In this document: positions 38,659 to 53,832 of the stretch, in pieces
Numbering within the stretch: position 1 is the stretch's first letter
Layout: each line of letters starts with the position of its first letter
Assembly (NCBI RefSeq): GCF_006345805.1
Contig: NC_043010.1
Span: 7,192,001 to 7,256,000, forward strand
Length of the DNA stretch: 64,000 bases
Direction: 5' to 3'
Origin: Octopus sinensis
Taxonomy: Eukaryota
Notes under the pieces: model-generated
Told to the model about the DNA's origin: nothing
The model's database searches: none
The model's input: only the letters and a program-made list of their open reading frames with translations
Program-made: the position numbers and the translations under genes

Positions 38659-39003
38659 TACACACATACATATACATTTTATAATTATTACTGTTTTACT
38701 AATATATGTATATCTAAATTATATTTTAATGGTTAATGGCTAAAATTTTTTCCAAATATACATATTCTTTATTATTACTCCTATGCAAACAAAGAAAGAT
38801 GTATAGTTCAAAAACCCATTAATGGATTTGTTTTTCATTAGAGTTTTATACAGAATTGATGTTTAAAAATATTTTATGTGTACACACACACACACACACA
38901 CAAACATCATACAAATACATGTACAACCTATATACACCCACATGTTATATGTGTATTTATGCATATAGCATACATGTATATACATAAATATAATTACATT
39001 GGT

Positions 39004-39047
<44 letters not shown>

Positions 39048-39202
39048 GTATGTATATGTGTATGTATGTTATGGATCATACATATATATATATATATATA
39101 TATAATATATATATATATGCGTATATATATATATGTATGTATATGTGTATGTATAGTATGGATACCTTATTATAGATGTATGTATATATGTATGTAGTAT
39201 GA

Positions 39203-39240
<38 letters not shown>

Positions 39241-40079
39241 GTGTGTGTATGGATACATATATAACTATTATATTATATATATATATATATTATATGTATG
39301 TATATAAATATGTTTATACTCAGTCATGTATTTATATATGTGTATTTATGTACATATAATATACATTTGTGTGTGTGTATACAAACACACTTTTTTTTTT
39401 TGCTTATTTTGTGGAATAGAATCATAAAAGTGATCAATACTACCCTGTGTTAGAAGTGTGTACGGTCTTGTATATGTTTATTCATGTGTAAGGTGAACAG
39501 GAATTACATTCAATCAGTCTCCTGTTGGTTGATTGTACACATCAACAGATTGAAAAGACTTATACAGTTGATGTATAGGCAGATTGAATGAAGTTGTTGT
39601 TTGAAAGTGTAATACCTGTTTACCTGACATATAGATAAATCTCTACGTATGTATATGTGAATACAAGCAGAAACACACACACTAGCAAACAGACAAACAT
39701 AAATGAATATATGTATGTATGTATGTATGTGTGTGCTTGTATTTATATAAGTATATGTATGTATATAAATAAATGTACATAAATTTTTATATATGTGTAT
39801 TGGCCGTGTGGTTAGGGAGCTTGCTTCCTAGCTATATGGTTTCGGGTTCAGTCCCACTGCGTGGCACTTTGGGTAGGTGTCTTCCACTATAGCCCTGAGC
39901 CGACCGGAGCTTTGTGATTGAATTTGGTAGGCGGAAATTACTGCCATGTGTGTATATGTGCGTGTAGGTGCTTGTGCCTCTCCGAAAGAGAGAGAGAGGG
40001 GTGTGTGTATACATATATATACATACATATAAATGTACACATACGTGTATATAGATTTATAGGAAAACACGCACACTTG

Positions 40080-40111
<32 letters not shown>

Positions 40112-40431
40112 TGAGGGAGTGCTGAAAAGTACCTAGCTTTAGGGTATCACCCAACTTTCTGAGTTCTTTTACAGGGCCTAGAAAAACAAGGACCACTGTA
40201 ATAAGTGTTTGAATGTGAGAGGGGAAATAAGTTGACTAAAATCATAATTAACTGATATCCTCTTGTATTTTCTTTTATCAAGGGCCAAGAGCTATTCAGT
40301 GCCCTTTGTTTATATCTATCTATCTTTTTGTCTGTCTGTATGTCTGTCTCTGTCTGTCTCTGTCTTTCTGTCTGTCAGTCTGTCCATCTGTCTATCTATC
40401 TGTCTATCTATCTATCTGTCTATATATCTAT

Positions 40432-40463
<32 letters not shown>

Positions 40464-40478
40464 CTGTCTATCTGTCTG

Positions 40479-40548
<70 letters not shown>

Positions 40549-41379
40549 TGCATATATATACAACTGCATGTGTGTGCATATAAAACTATATACACATGTA
40601 TAAGTACATCTATATGAATGTATATATATATATATATGTATACACATATATGCACATAGATTCTTATAGACAAATATGTATATATACACACACCCACACA
40701 TTCACACACTTACACACACACATACACCAAAGTGCATAATAGATCTCTGTCTTGAAGTTAATTTTTTTATTTTCGTACCTACCTCTTTGCTCTTCATAAT
40801 GTTGCAGGTTCCCCTCACTGAAGGCACGGCCACTATCAGCACAAGATACCATTGACATCTCGCTATAACAGTAAGGGAGTTTAGCTGCCGTCTCTTTATC
40901 CCTCTCGTTAACAGATGTTTCAGCAGTCTTTTGAAAATATTTCTGTGTACAGCAGAAATAAGTAGTCAAAATGGGACAAAGTAGAAAAAAAGGTAAACTC
41001 ATAGAGAAAACACATGTATGAAACACCAACACATCGCAATGTTGGAATGAATATATATATATATTTATATACCCCTTTGTTACCCATCTGTCCATCTTTT
41101 CCTCTCTCTCTCTCTCTCTCCCCCATGCACTCACCATTCCTTCAGTGTTCTGCTGCGTTATAACCAGAAATGGCTCTGACAAAAGTAGCATCAATTTTTT
41201 TGGATCATTCAATTTTTCTCAACTGCTCAATAAACCAATTGAGTAAATCTGTCAGTAACGTACCTATAATGATTACTGGAAACAACTGTAAGCCAAATTT
41301 GGTCCAGTAGAGTAATATGTAATGACCATTATTTTTAACTTGTTTTATATGTATATACATATATATATATATATATATA

Positions 41380-41415
<36 letters not shown>

Positions 41416-41879
41416 AGGGCACTATTACACATAGATGCCTCATGCTAGGAGGGACTCTCAAAGTCAAAACTACTAAAATAAATAAAGACAACGTACCGAA
41501 ACAATTCTCAAAGCAGGTCATTTAAAAACAGAATTTAGCAGCATATCACATTGTGATTTTGTAATCGGTGCAATTTTATGCACTTTTTACTCTTCAATGC
41601 AAGCATCATTCAAGATATATAATGAATAAACAAAAAACATACCAAACGAACAGCTATTGTATCCAACGCAGCATGTAGGAATGTTTACCCCTTACACATC
41701 TATGTAAATGGCAGGGTTTTTTGAACTGCATTTCAGTAACAACGTACTTATTCGAATAAAAATTCATTATTGAATATACTCCTATTTTAAAATTTTATAT
41801 ATATATATATATATATACATACATACATACATACATATATAGATACATAGATTATATAGATAGAGAGATAATATATATT

Positions 41880-42073
41880 ATAGGCACAGGAGTGGCTGTG
41901 TAATAAGAAGCTTTCTTCGCAGCCACATGCTTCCAGGTTCAGTCCCACTGCATGATGGCACCTTGGGCAAGTGTCTCCTACTGTAGCCTCAGGCTGACCA
42001 AAGCCTTGTGAGTGGATTTGGTAGGCAGAAACTGAAAGAAGCTCATTGCACACACACACACACACACACTCAC

Positions 42074-42104
<31 letters not shown>

Positions 42105-42316
42105 TTTGTGTGTCTGTGTTTGTCCCCCCACCCATCATCACTTGACAACTGATGTTGGTGTGTTTACGTCCTCGTAACTTAGCGGTTCAGTAAATGAGAC
42201 TGATAGAATAAGTACTAGGCTTCCAAAGAATAAGTCCTAGGGTTGATTTGTTCAACTAAAGGTGGTGCTCCATCATGGTCACAGCCAAATGACTGAAACA
42301 AGTAAAAGAGTAAAAA
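41880..42316 (+). mobile_element. Family A SINE
   Basis: Full length. Confidence 0.85.
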
Positions 42317-42356
42317 GAATAATATATTTATATATACGCCCGCACACACGTATACA

Positions 42357-42421
<65 letters not shown>

Positions 42422-42429
42422 TATGTATG

Positions 42430-42461
<32 letters not shown>

Positions 42462-43084
42462 ACACATACAAACATGGTGGTTGGTGTTAAGAAGGGCATC
42501 CAGCTATAAAAACCACACCAAAACAAAAGTCTGGGTCAGTCCCCTGCTTTACCAGCTCATGTCAAACTGTCCAACCCATGCCAGCATAGAAGATGGGTGT
42601 TAAATGATGATGATGATGATATGTATGTATGTATATGTGGGTATAGGTGTGTATGTATATATATATATATATATAATAAATTAATAAATAAATAAAACAT
42701 ATGCATATATACATACATATATGTACGTACCTACCTCTACATGTATATATATACATGCATATATGGGTACAGGACACCAAAAAAACGTCGAACACAATGA
42801 GAAACGAAAACATAAACACAAAACCAAGGAAATGGACATTTTTTTAAAACAACAAAAAAATAGAGTACAGGACATACAAAACAAGGAAAATTCCCCTTCT
42901 TCAGTCGCCTTTGTTTCATCTACTCCACGTTTCGAAGGTCAAGGCGATACATGACTTTAATGAAACAATCCTTCCCGCGAAAATCAAATTAAATAAAATT
43001 TGAGATTTTTTTGCAGAAGGGTAAAAATGGTAACAAAAACAGGACAGTAACGACAGTACAAAAAATATATATATATATATATAT

Positions 43085-43122
<38 letters not shown>

Positions 43123-44213
43123 CAAGGGGAGTGTTGTATCAGTTGTTACATAAGAAAATAATTTTAAACAAGAGTCACCGTCATACACATAGTGTACTTC
43201 ATCTCCGGTCATCTGTAAAAAACATGTCTGACCATTGAGAAATATAAGTTTGCTTCGGAACAGGCGAGGGTTGGTGACAGAAAGGGCACCTGACCATAGA
43301 AAAATCAACCTCAACAAACTTTGTCCCATGCAGGCATTATTGAAAAGTAGACATTAAAACGATGATGAGGAGGAGGAGGAGGATGGGGTGCTGATGAAGA
43401 GGGGAGGGGAGGAGGAGGAAGATTAGGAGGGGGAGGGAGGAGGGATGGAAGGGGATGAAGAAGAGGAGGAAGGGGAGGGGATCGAAGGGGGAGGAGCTGG
43501 TGTGAGGGTAGGGTAGGAAGAGGAGGAGGAGAAGGAAGAGGAGGAGGAGAAGGAAGAGGAGGAGGATAGGGGTGATGATGATGATGATGAGAACAACGAA
43601 GAAGGTACATTATGAAGAAAGACTTTATTCTCTTGATCATATGGCACCATTGAAAAGTGACAGCATTATTAAATTCTTTAAGCCTGTTTCATTAAGTTCT
43701 CCTATGAATAATTAGTAACATAACGGTAATAATTAGTAACATACCATTCATTATTATTATTATTACTAAAACGACAATTACTAACATAGCTGCTTCTGTT
43801 TCTAATACCAATATCTAAAGCATTCTCATTATGGTTAGTCTCATCATCTCTCTTTCTTTCGCTACTTTTATTTTTAATCATTTTTTCTTCTATCCTTTTC
43901 CTTTTATTTGTTTCTGTCTATAAACTGAAGCCTTGCTGGAGCACTGCCTGGAAGAATGTTAGATGAATGAACCAACCCCAGTATTTATTACTTTAAGCCT
44001 GATCCTCATTCTATCAGTTTCATTTTTGGTGATCCACTAAGTCATAATGCGCCGGCGCCACTTCTCAAGTGGTGATAGGAATCAAACACTAACACAAAAA
44101 CACACAGAGACATAAATATAAATATATATACGCGCGTGTGTGTGTGTGTGTCTGTGTGTGTGTGTGTGAGTGTGTGTGCGTGTGTGTGTATGTGTGTGTG
44201 TTTGTGTGTGTGT

Positions 44214-44510
44214 AAGCATATGGCCTACTGGTTAGAGCAGTGGACTCGCAATCGAGGGATCGCAGGTTTGAATCTCAGGCAGGGCGATGTGTGTGCTTAT
44301 GTGCAAAACACCTAAGCACCACATGGCTCTGGCAGAAGGTTATGGTGAACTTCTGCTGACTCCTTCGCCACAACTTTCTCTCACTTTTTCCTCCTGCATC
44401 TTGCAGCTCACCTGCGATGGACTGGAGTCCCGTCCAGGTGGGGAACCTATATGCCAAGGAAACTAGGGAACTGACCCTAATGAGCCAAGTGTGGCTCGAG
44501 AAAGAACAAT
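44214..44510 (+). mobile_element. Family E-related tRNA SINE
   Basis: tRNA-like head and GCGATGGACTGGAGTCCCGTCCAGG. Confidence 0.75.
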
Positions 44511-44515
44511 CACAT

Positions 44516-44566
<51 letters not shown>

Positions 44567-44995
44567 CAGCAAAATTATTCAGAAGCAAATATTTATATAG
44601 ATATTAATATTTTTGCTGCTGATTAGTACGTTTCACACTGAGACTGTCTGCATTTTGGCGCTAAGCAATTCTGGACACCATCAGATTTCAACATGAAGGA
44701 TTGACAAGGTGTTTCAAAGGGTTAAGGTGTGCTGAAGAGGGTAAGATTTTTATATCAAACCAAAAACCAGTCCACATAATATACCTGTACCATTAAATAC
44801 ATAGCTTTATGCTATTAGGTATGTGAGAGATTTTTTCACTCTGCTTGCTCATATACGGTTGAATCTGTTATTTTACAGTGTTAATTTTTGGGTGGTCCAA
44901 ATGAAGATTTTAACTCTTATTTCTAGCAGGTGGACACTTTAATGTGTCCTTATGATTAATACATATATATATATATTATATATATATATATATAT

Positions 44996-44999
<4 letters not shown>

Positions 45000-45031
<32 letters not shown>

Positions 45032-45240
45032 GTTTAACATCAGCTTTCCATGCTAGCATGGGTTGGACGATTTTGACTGAGGGCTGGCGAACCAGATGGC
45101 TGCACCAGGCTCCAATCTTGATCTGGCAGAGTTTCTACATCTGGATGCCCTTCCTAACGCCAACCACTCCGAGAGTGTAGTGGGTGCTTTTTACGTGCCA
45201 CCGGCACAGAAGCCAGTTGGCTGCTCTGGCAACGATCATG
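45000..45240 (-). mobile_element. RTE 3' UTR copy (family C)
   Basis: (CAT)n tail and body. Confidence 0.85.
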
Positions 45241-45719
45241 CTCGGATGTATGTATGTATGCATGTATGTATGTATGTATGTATGTATGTATGTATGCATG
45301 TATGTATGTATGTATGTATGTATGTATGTATGTATGTATGTAGTGTGTGTGTATATGCATGCATACAAAGGTCTTCTTTCAGTTTCTATCTACAAAATCC
45401 ACTCACAAGTTATTAGACAGCCGAAGGCTATGGTAGAAGACACTTGCCCAAGGTGTGACACATTGAGACAGAATCTAGAACCATGTGGTTAGGAAGCAAA
45501 CTTCTCTTTATAAACTTTCATCTGTTCCAAGATGGCAATGCGCATTTTTACTCTCTTTAGAGATATATCCCGATAGGCACTGACACAAGTGGGGTCCATG
45601 TTGTGAGCATCTTATGTGTCTGGCATATTTTTTAGGTTCTTATTGACTGTCCAGAAGGACTTTTGTCTCTGAACATGCATAATTTGCAAGGACCAAAAGC
45701 ATGTTGAGATCAAAATCTC

Positions 45720-45931
45720 CACTTGTTTCAGTCATTCAACTGAGGCCATGCTGGAGTACCACCTTGAAAGTTTTAGCCTAACAAATTGACCCCAGGACTT
45801 ATTTCTTAAGCTTATTACTTACTTATTCTATCGGTCCCTTTTTCCTGAACTGCTAAATTATGGGGATGTAAACACTCCAACACTGGTTATCAAGTTGTGA
45901 TGGAAGGACAAACACACACACACACACACTT

Positions 45932-45964
<33 letters not shown>

Positions 45965-46238
45965 ATATACATACATACATATAAAATTAAATAATAAGGG
46001 TACATTTGATATTAATCAATTAAAACCAGTGGCTTAGCACATTTAAAAATCCGAAGATTAAAATTTATATATATATAGAACAGGTTTCTTTCAGTTTTTG
46101 TCTACCAAATCCACTCACAAGTCTTTTCTTGGCTTAAGGCCATAGAAGAAGACACTTGCCCAAGGTGCCATGTAGTGGGACTAACCTGGAACCATATCGT
46201 TGGGAAGCAAGCTTCTTACCATACAGCCATGCTTGTGC
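45720..46238 (-). mobile_element. Family A SINE, diverged, with ~90-bp insert in its microsatellite
   Basis: The two halves flank an insert at about 45980-46070. Confidence 0.7.
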
Positions 46239-48529
46239 TTATATAAATATACAAGCAGTGCTTCCTGGCATTGCTCAGGTGTTATGACCTACAGTCACAT
46301 TGTATTATTTCTTTCTTCCCTATGGGCAGAATCAGTCACAGTTGATATATAGTGAACTGGAGTAATGGTGTAATGGAAGTTATTGTTTGTTTAAATGGGA
46401 AGGTGGAGAGGGTACAATTTGCATGGGTTTGCATGAAAGTGCTTTCTGCACTTAAGAAGGATCACAAACTATGTATTGTTTCATCGTATAAAAGGGGATT
46501 AATATGAATTTCTCCAGAAAGCACGTTTTCAAAATTTTAATTTCTTCCCCGCCCCATTGCAATTTCTTAATTTGTAACATTTTTTTTCTTAAATGTTTTT
46601 TTTTTTCATGCATGTAGAAAAATACAGAGATTATGAATCTGGGAAATATATGTTTTTTAAAGTTTAATTTTTCTTAAAGAAACACTCAATGCCCCTTCCC
46701 CCCCACCTCACTTACCCATCACCTACCTGCTTTCAAAAAGCTAAAACCTCCAAATGTTTCACTTTTGTCTGATGTTTCACACATGCATAGAATTATATTG
46801 AAATAGCAGACATAAAAAATACCAGACCACTACCAGAAAACCCAACATGCTAGAAGCAACAGGTAGGTGTATTATTTCTGAAGAAACTTCCGCCACTTTC
46901 CATAAAGTTAGCCTTTTGAAAATGGTGAGGTGATGGTAGCTGTTTGGGAAGGAGATTTTAATGTTTCTCTAAGCAAAAAGAAAGAAGAAAATTCTTATAG
47001 ATTTGTACTCTCTGTCTTTTTCTCCATGGATTGCCAAGAAAAGAATTTGGAAAAGAGTATAACAAAAAAAATGAAAGAATTGTGGTGGGGATGGAGAAAA
47101 TTAAAATATTGTGAATGTTGTCTTTGAATGTGTTGTGTGGACGCCCCCAGACGATGAAGTAGACTAGCCCAATACATAGATATAGAAGGAAAGGTCAAGA
47201 CGTCGAGGAGCAGAGTTGAGTGGAGTCAAGTAGAGGTCATCCGAACATGCGACATAACAGGATGAAATCCTAAACTCCTGTATAAAAAACATGGGAAATA
47301 GAAGAAATTTAGGAAAAAAATTGCTGGGGTGGAGCAGGCACAAATGGTACCTCTGACATGCTAGAAACAACAGGTAAAGGACAGGATTTCTGGGAAAACT
47401 TCCTTTTAAGTTTACATCGAAGATCAGGTTTTTAAATATGCTCATCAGAAACACGAATTGCAGAACAGAAAAAGGTAATTTCAATTGGATTTGAGCTGTA
47501 ATTTTGCATGTGCACACAGCAAGAAATAACATAATTTGTACAGAAGTTTTGCCTAGAGTATGTGTGTGTATATGCATGTGTATGTGAGTGTGTGTGACAA
47601 AGGATGTTATTTTATGGCATTCTTTTATTTGAAGCAGCAAAGTTGTCAACTTGATTATATGGTCGATAATAGGGGATCATAGGATTGTTCATTAATTTCT
47701 GTAAAAATATTTATTTCTTTATGCTTTGAAGACAGCAGAAATTGAAAGAGAGGAGAAAGTGAAAAGACAACATTTGCTTTGAAGAGAGAGGAGAAAGTAA
47801 AAGATGTATATACATGTATATGAAATGGACATGAGTGTGTGCATGTGAGAGAGAGAGAGAGAGAGAGAGAGTGAGTGAGTGAAGGTGTGTTATCATGTAT
47901 GTATTTTTTTGCATGTATGTATAAGTGGCACTCACTCACTCTCTCGCTCTTTCTTTTTCTCTCTCACACACACACATTACCTTTCACATACATGTACATA
48001 AATACATATGCATACATCTTTTTTGTATGTATGTGTGTGTGTGTGCATGTGCATGTGAGAGAGTGTGAGTGATACACAAACTATCTTTTATATACATATA
48101 AGCATCTTTCTGTATTATAGTACAAATGTGACTAATTCAGAGAAACATTACTTCCCTTATTCACACATTGTCACTCTCGTAATGCAGCACTTTGTAATTT
48201 TGGTTCAAATTGAAAGTGTGAAACTATTTTCACTTTCTAATGAAACCTGGTCGTTGTAGAGCAGTGTCCGTCAAATAACTATAGCTGGTTGTTGAGATAA
48301 TGTAGACAATATGTAAATAAAACTAAAGTTTATTTGGTAGCCAAAAGATTACTGAATCTTTTGATACCTCATTCGTCAAAATTTGCAATTCAGTTTTCAA
48401 AAGCATAAGGAACATAAGCACACATACAAACTCCCGTTTATATATATAATATATATATACACATACACATACATATATATATACACACACACACATATAT
48501 ATATTCATATATATACATATACATACATA

Positions 48530-48560
<31 letters not shown>

Positions 48561-49257
48561 TATATATATATATATATGCACACATATATACATACATACA
48601 TATATATATATATTCACATATATCGATGCATTTGTCTCTGTGCCTGTGTTTGTCCCCATCACCTCTACCATTTGATAAATGGTGTTGTTTTGTTTACATT
48701 CTTGTAACTTAAAATAAAATAAAAATGTTATATATATGTGAATAATAGTAGCACAAGTATATCAATCAGATTTTCATTTTCAAGTATCTTACTTTCTTTT
48801 ATATTTCTTATTCATCCGTTTACTTTTTAATCTAATGACAGGGAAGCAACAATTGTTGCTTGGGTGTAGGTAATGGCCAAGTGGTTAAGAAGTTGGCTTG
48901 CCAAGCACATGGATCCAGGTTTGATCCCATTACATGGCATTTTGCAACAATCCTCTATTATACCTCAGGGTTGATCAAAGCTTTATGAATGGAATTTTGC
49001 AATCAGAAACTGAACAGAAGCCTATTATATGCGTCTATGATTTTATGCAAAAATACATATATGCTTGCATATACATATATACATATATTACATAGATACA
49101 TCTGTATATACATATACACATACATTACATAGATAAATCCGTACATGCATTCAAACATATACACATACATATATTACATACTCGCATACATACAATATAC
49201 ATGCATGCACACATACATACACACATACATACATACATACACACATACATACATACA

Positions 49258-49289
<32 letters not shown>

Positions 49290-49353
49290 CACACACACAC
49301 ACACACATACATACATACATACATACATACATACATACATACATACATACATG

Positions 49354-49387
<34 letters not shown>

Positions 49388-49672
49388 TACATACATACAT
49401 ACATACATACATACACACATACATACATACATACATACACACACACACATACATACATATGTAGATTTCTACATAAAATTATTATGCCATCTTAACAAGA
49501 CCTTCATTGTCTCTCTTTCATGCACACAAATATACTCTATCTCCCCCCCTCCTCTCCCTTTTCACCCCGCATTCTTTCTGGTTCTCTTAAACCTCATATC
49601 GAAGTTTTTATGTGCAAAATATCTGAACCATTAAATATTATTAAACTAACAATTCAACATACTGTTCTTATG

Positions 49673-49708
<36 letters not shown>

Positions 49709-50462
49709 ACTATTACTATTAATATTATTATTACTATGATTATTATTATTATTTTATTATATTATTATTATCATTATTATTATTATTAATACTATTACTA
49801 TTAATATTATTATTACTATGATTATTATTATTATTATTATTATTATCATTATTATTATTATTAATACTATTACTATTAATATTATTACTATGATTATTAT
49901 TATTATTATTATTATTATTACTAGACCACCTTTTTTCTACCTGCCTGGCATGAGTATCCCTTTGTCATTCTTCCTGTCGGAAATACAGTGAGTGATTGAG
50001 TGACAGACCCACTGGAAACCTGTAACCAATGACGCTGTTCTTCACCAATAGCAATAAATAAATAAATAAATAATAAATAAATAAATAAATAGATAAATAC
50101 TAAAACAGGAAAAAGCAAAGACTGGCCTCTCGAATGAAAGGTTTGTGTGTTTGTATACAGTTTCATTAGAACTATGTTGTACCTTTGCCAATGTAGTGAA
50201 CAGTATCCTGTCCCCTATTTACTAAGTTGTAAGAGAGCAGACTTCAAAATAATAATAATAATGATAATAATATTAACAGTTATGACCAAGCTAATATGGC
50301 AGTCCATAAATATGGGACTAAAGCAGCCGTTGATTAGCTCCTCTAGCTAGCTGTATGACACACAAACCTGGGTCCATTATAACCTTCAAACAGGGGAAGT
50401 CAGTCGCTTCCCCTTGCTGGTCAGGCATCTGCAGACATGCTTCAGGGTATTTGCCCATAATA

Positions 50463-50692
50463 GGCGGGCGAGCTGGCAGAAACATTAGCACGCCGGGCGA
50501 AATGCTTAGTGGTATTTCGTCTGCGTTACATTGTGAGTTCAAATTCCACCGAGGTCGACTTTGCCTTTCATCCTTTCGGGGTCGATAAATTAAGTACCAG
50601 TTATGCACTGGGGTCGATATGATCGACTTAATCCGTTTGTCTGTCCTTGTTTGTCCCCTCTGTGTTTAGCCCCTTGTGGATAAAAAAGAAAT
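50463..50692 (+). mobile_element. Family B SINE, full length
   Basis: Head, Nin core and tail. Confidence 0.9.
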
Positions 50693-51342
50693 AGGTATTT
50701 GCCCTTTATCAATGCAGAGTAGCCAAACCCAGCAGGTGTCACTGCTGACCATCTGTTCGAAGGATTATTTACCTAATTTCAGTGGAATACATCCACTAGT
50801 TTTCAAAAATGGAAATATTATTATTTTTAAATCTCTCTGAAGGAGACTATGGCAGCAGTACTGGATATTAACAGTTATCGCCAAGCTAATATGGCAGTCT
50901 ATAAATATAGGATTAGAGCTGCCATTGATTAGCTCCAAGAGGCTACCGCCTCTAGCTAGTTATATGACACATGAACCTGTGTCCATTATGACCTTCGAAT
51001 GATAATAATGATAATAATGATGATAATGATGATGGACTTTCCTGTCAAAGACAACATATGAGTGTTCCGCTATTGCTGAATGACCTACACAGATGATTTG
51101 TTTATGGTGATCAACTGTATATGCTGTACGTTAGCTCACTCCCTCAATCAAATCAACATTATCCAAACAGGTGTATGGTGTACTGTGCATCAGGTGTTGA
51201 AGTGATTGCAGAGCAATGTGAGATAAAGCGTTTTACGCAAGAATGCAATACATCACCTAGTAGAGAATTGAAACCACAAAGTCATGATCATGAGTGTAAC
51301 ACTTTGGCTACTAGGCCATGCACCCTCATGATGATGATGATG

Positions 51343-51382
<40 letters not shown>

Positions 51383-51384
<2 letters not shown>

Positions 51385-51800
51385 GTTTCAAATTTTGCCA
51401 CAATGGCAGTAATTTTTGGGGAGGGGATGAGTCGATTACATCGACCCCAGTGTTCACCTGGTATTTATTTTATCGACTCTAAAAGGATGAAAGGTAAAGT
51501 CAACATTTGCAGAATTTGAATTCAGAATACTGCTAAGCATTTCGTCTGGTGCACTAACAATTCTGCCAGATCGCCACCTGTGGTTTCAAATTTTGGCACA
51601 AGGCCAGCAATTTCGAGGGAGGGAGATAAGTCCATTACATCGACCCCAGTGCTTGACTGGTACTCATTTTATCGACCCCCAAAAGGATGAATGGGAAAAT
51701 CGACCTCGGTGGAATTTGAACTCAGAATGTAGCGACAGGCAAAGAAATACCACTAAGCATTTCGTCCAGCACGCTAATGATTCTGCCAGTTCACTGCCTT
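51383..51800 (-). mobile_element. Two adjacent family B SINEs in the same orientation
   Basis: Units at about 51383-51578 and 51581-51800. Confidence 0.8.
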
Positions 51801-51905
51801 GATAATATTAATAATAATAATAATAATAATAAAATAATGATGATGATAATAATAATAATAGTAATAATAATAATGATAATAATAATAATGATTATAATAA
51901 TAATG

Positions 51906-51957
<52 letters not shown>

Positions 51958-52165
51958 ATAAATAAATGAAATAAAACTATTTGGAAGCAAATCTCTTAAC
52001 TAACCAGCAACTAGCTTAATAGGTTAGGAATCGTCTTTTTAAAGAGACAGTAGAATAAAATCCACGTAAAAATGTAGGCAGGATCAAACTTCTATAAAGG
52101 AATTAAACAATCTTTAACACAATAATTAAACCTCTTTTAAACTATTGTTAATCAAAATCCTTTCC

Positions 52166-52856
52166 AAAAAAAAGCTGTTCCTAATTCAGCCATTGTTGTT
52201 ATCATTTGGTTTTTACTGCACAATGGACTGTCTTTGGACAGTTCCAGAAGCATATCAGAAGAACCTACAAGAAGAGTTTCTCAGCCCCTTACTGAACCTT
52301 TCTACATTTCTGGAAAAAAAGTGTACTCTGAGTGGTCCCTGTAATCTTTCTCTAAGGAAAATGTAGCTGAATCACACATACACACATGCATGTACACACA
52401 CACAGATGTGCATAAGTTACATATGTGCATGTGTGTGTGCATATACATACATACATACGTACATACATACATACATTCATACATACATACATACATACAT
52501 ACGTACATACATAAATACATACATACATACATATACACACACACACACACATATATCCTTTCCATGTGAATTCATCATAAAAAAATTCACCACCATCGTC
52601 ATTTTTGTCCTCCTCCTCATCATCATTATCGTTGTTGTCACTGTCATTACTATTATCCTCTTTCTGTCTAATTTTCCACGCTTGCATGGGTTAGAGGTGG
52701 AATTCATTGAAGCAAATTTTCTATATCTTAATGCCTTTCCTTTGTGAGTGTGAATATATATATATATACTTGTATGTACACACAGATAGCTGACTGTGGA
52801 TGTGTGTGTATGTTTGTGTACTTGTACATATATGTACTGATAGCTGATTTTATATA

Positions 52857-52888
<32 letters not shown>

Positions 52889-52907
52889 ATATATATATAT
52901 ATGGGTG

Positions 52908-52946
<39 letters not shown>

Positions 52947-53233
52947 ATGTATGTATATGCACACACACATGCACATATGTAACTTATGCACATCTGTGTG
53001 TGTGTACATGCATGTGTGTATGTGTGATTCAGCTACATTTTCCTTAGAGAAAGATTACAGGGACTACTCAGAGTACACTTTTTTTCCAGAAATGTAGAAA
53101 GGTTCAGTAAGGGGCTGAGAAACTCTTCTTGTAGGTTCTTCTGATATGCTTCTGGAACTGTCCAAAGACAGTCCATTGTGCAGTAAAAACCAAATGATAA
53201 CAACAATGGCTGAATTAGGAACAGCTTTTTTTT
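52166..53233. repeat. Inverted duplication of non-TE sequence: ~293-bp arms, ~480-bp spacer
   Basis: 52166-52458 is the reverse complement of about 52941-53233; one mismatch seen (52334 vs 53065). Confidence 0.95.
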
Positions 53234-53435
53234 ATAACTAAAGGTAGTCTTTTGTGATTTGATCTGAAGATGACTGTGATGATAGAATTTTGATGGATGT
53301 GATGTGAGAGGTATCCTGTATCATTTTGGAAATAAAATGATGTAAAATATTTTAATTATAAGTTGAGATGAAAACTAAGAAAAAATCCATGGTTAGATAA
53401 TATGAATGCCTGTAACAAATAGTGGATGGTAGTTA

Positions 53436-53600
53436 TAGGTGCAGGAGTGGCTGTGTGGTAAGTAGCTTGCTTACCAACCACATGGTTCTGGATTCAGTTC
53501 CACTGCGTGGCATCTTGGGCAAGTGTCTTCTACTATAGCCTCAGGCTGACCAAAGCCTTGTGAGTGGATTTGGTAGATGGAAACTGAAAGAAGCCCGTCG

Positions 53601-53631
<31 letters not shown>

Positions 53632-53832
53632 CTGTGTTTGTCCCCCTAGCATTGCTTGACAACCGATGTTGGTGTGTTTACGTCACTGTCACTTAGCAGT
53701 TCGGCAAAAGAGACAGATAGAATAAGTACTGGGCTTACAAAGAATAAGTCCCGGAGTCGATTTACTCAACTAAAAGCGGTGCTCCAGCATGGCCACAGCC
53801 AATTGACTGAAACAAGTAAAAGAGTAAAAGAG
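53436..53832 (+). mobile_element. Family A SINE
   Basis: Full length. Confidence 0.9.

Noticed and set aside
40740-41040. GC-richer island giving part of ORF 40664-41212
   Set aside because: Bounded by microsatellites with no recognisable protein or ribozyme fold; probably an unclassified repeat.
42780-43060. Possible fifth hammerhead (minus strand GAAGG...CCTTC GAAACGTG; separate CTGAAGA)
   Set aside because: It looks like a PLE-type end, but I could not assemble a core, stem I and valid H17 in one register.
43370-43600. Proline-rich ORF / G-quadruplex-like purine tract
   Set aside because: Low-complexity (GAG/GGA)n expansion of an RTE-type (GAT)n tail.
47164-47649. 161-aa ORF and twin CATGCTAGAARCAACAG|GT motifs (about 46846 and 47356)
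   Set aside because: The ORF includes a microsatellite and has no homology I recognise; the short duplication alone is insufficient.
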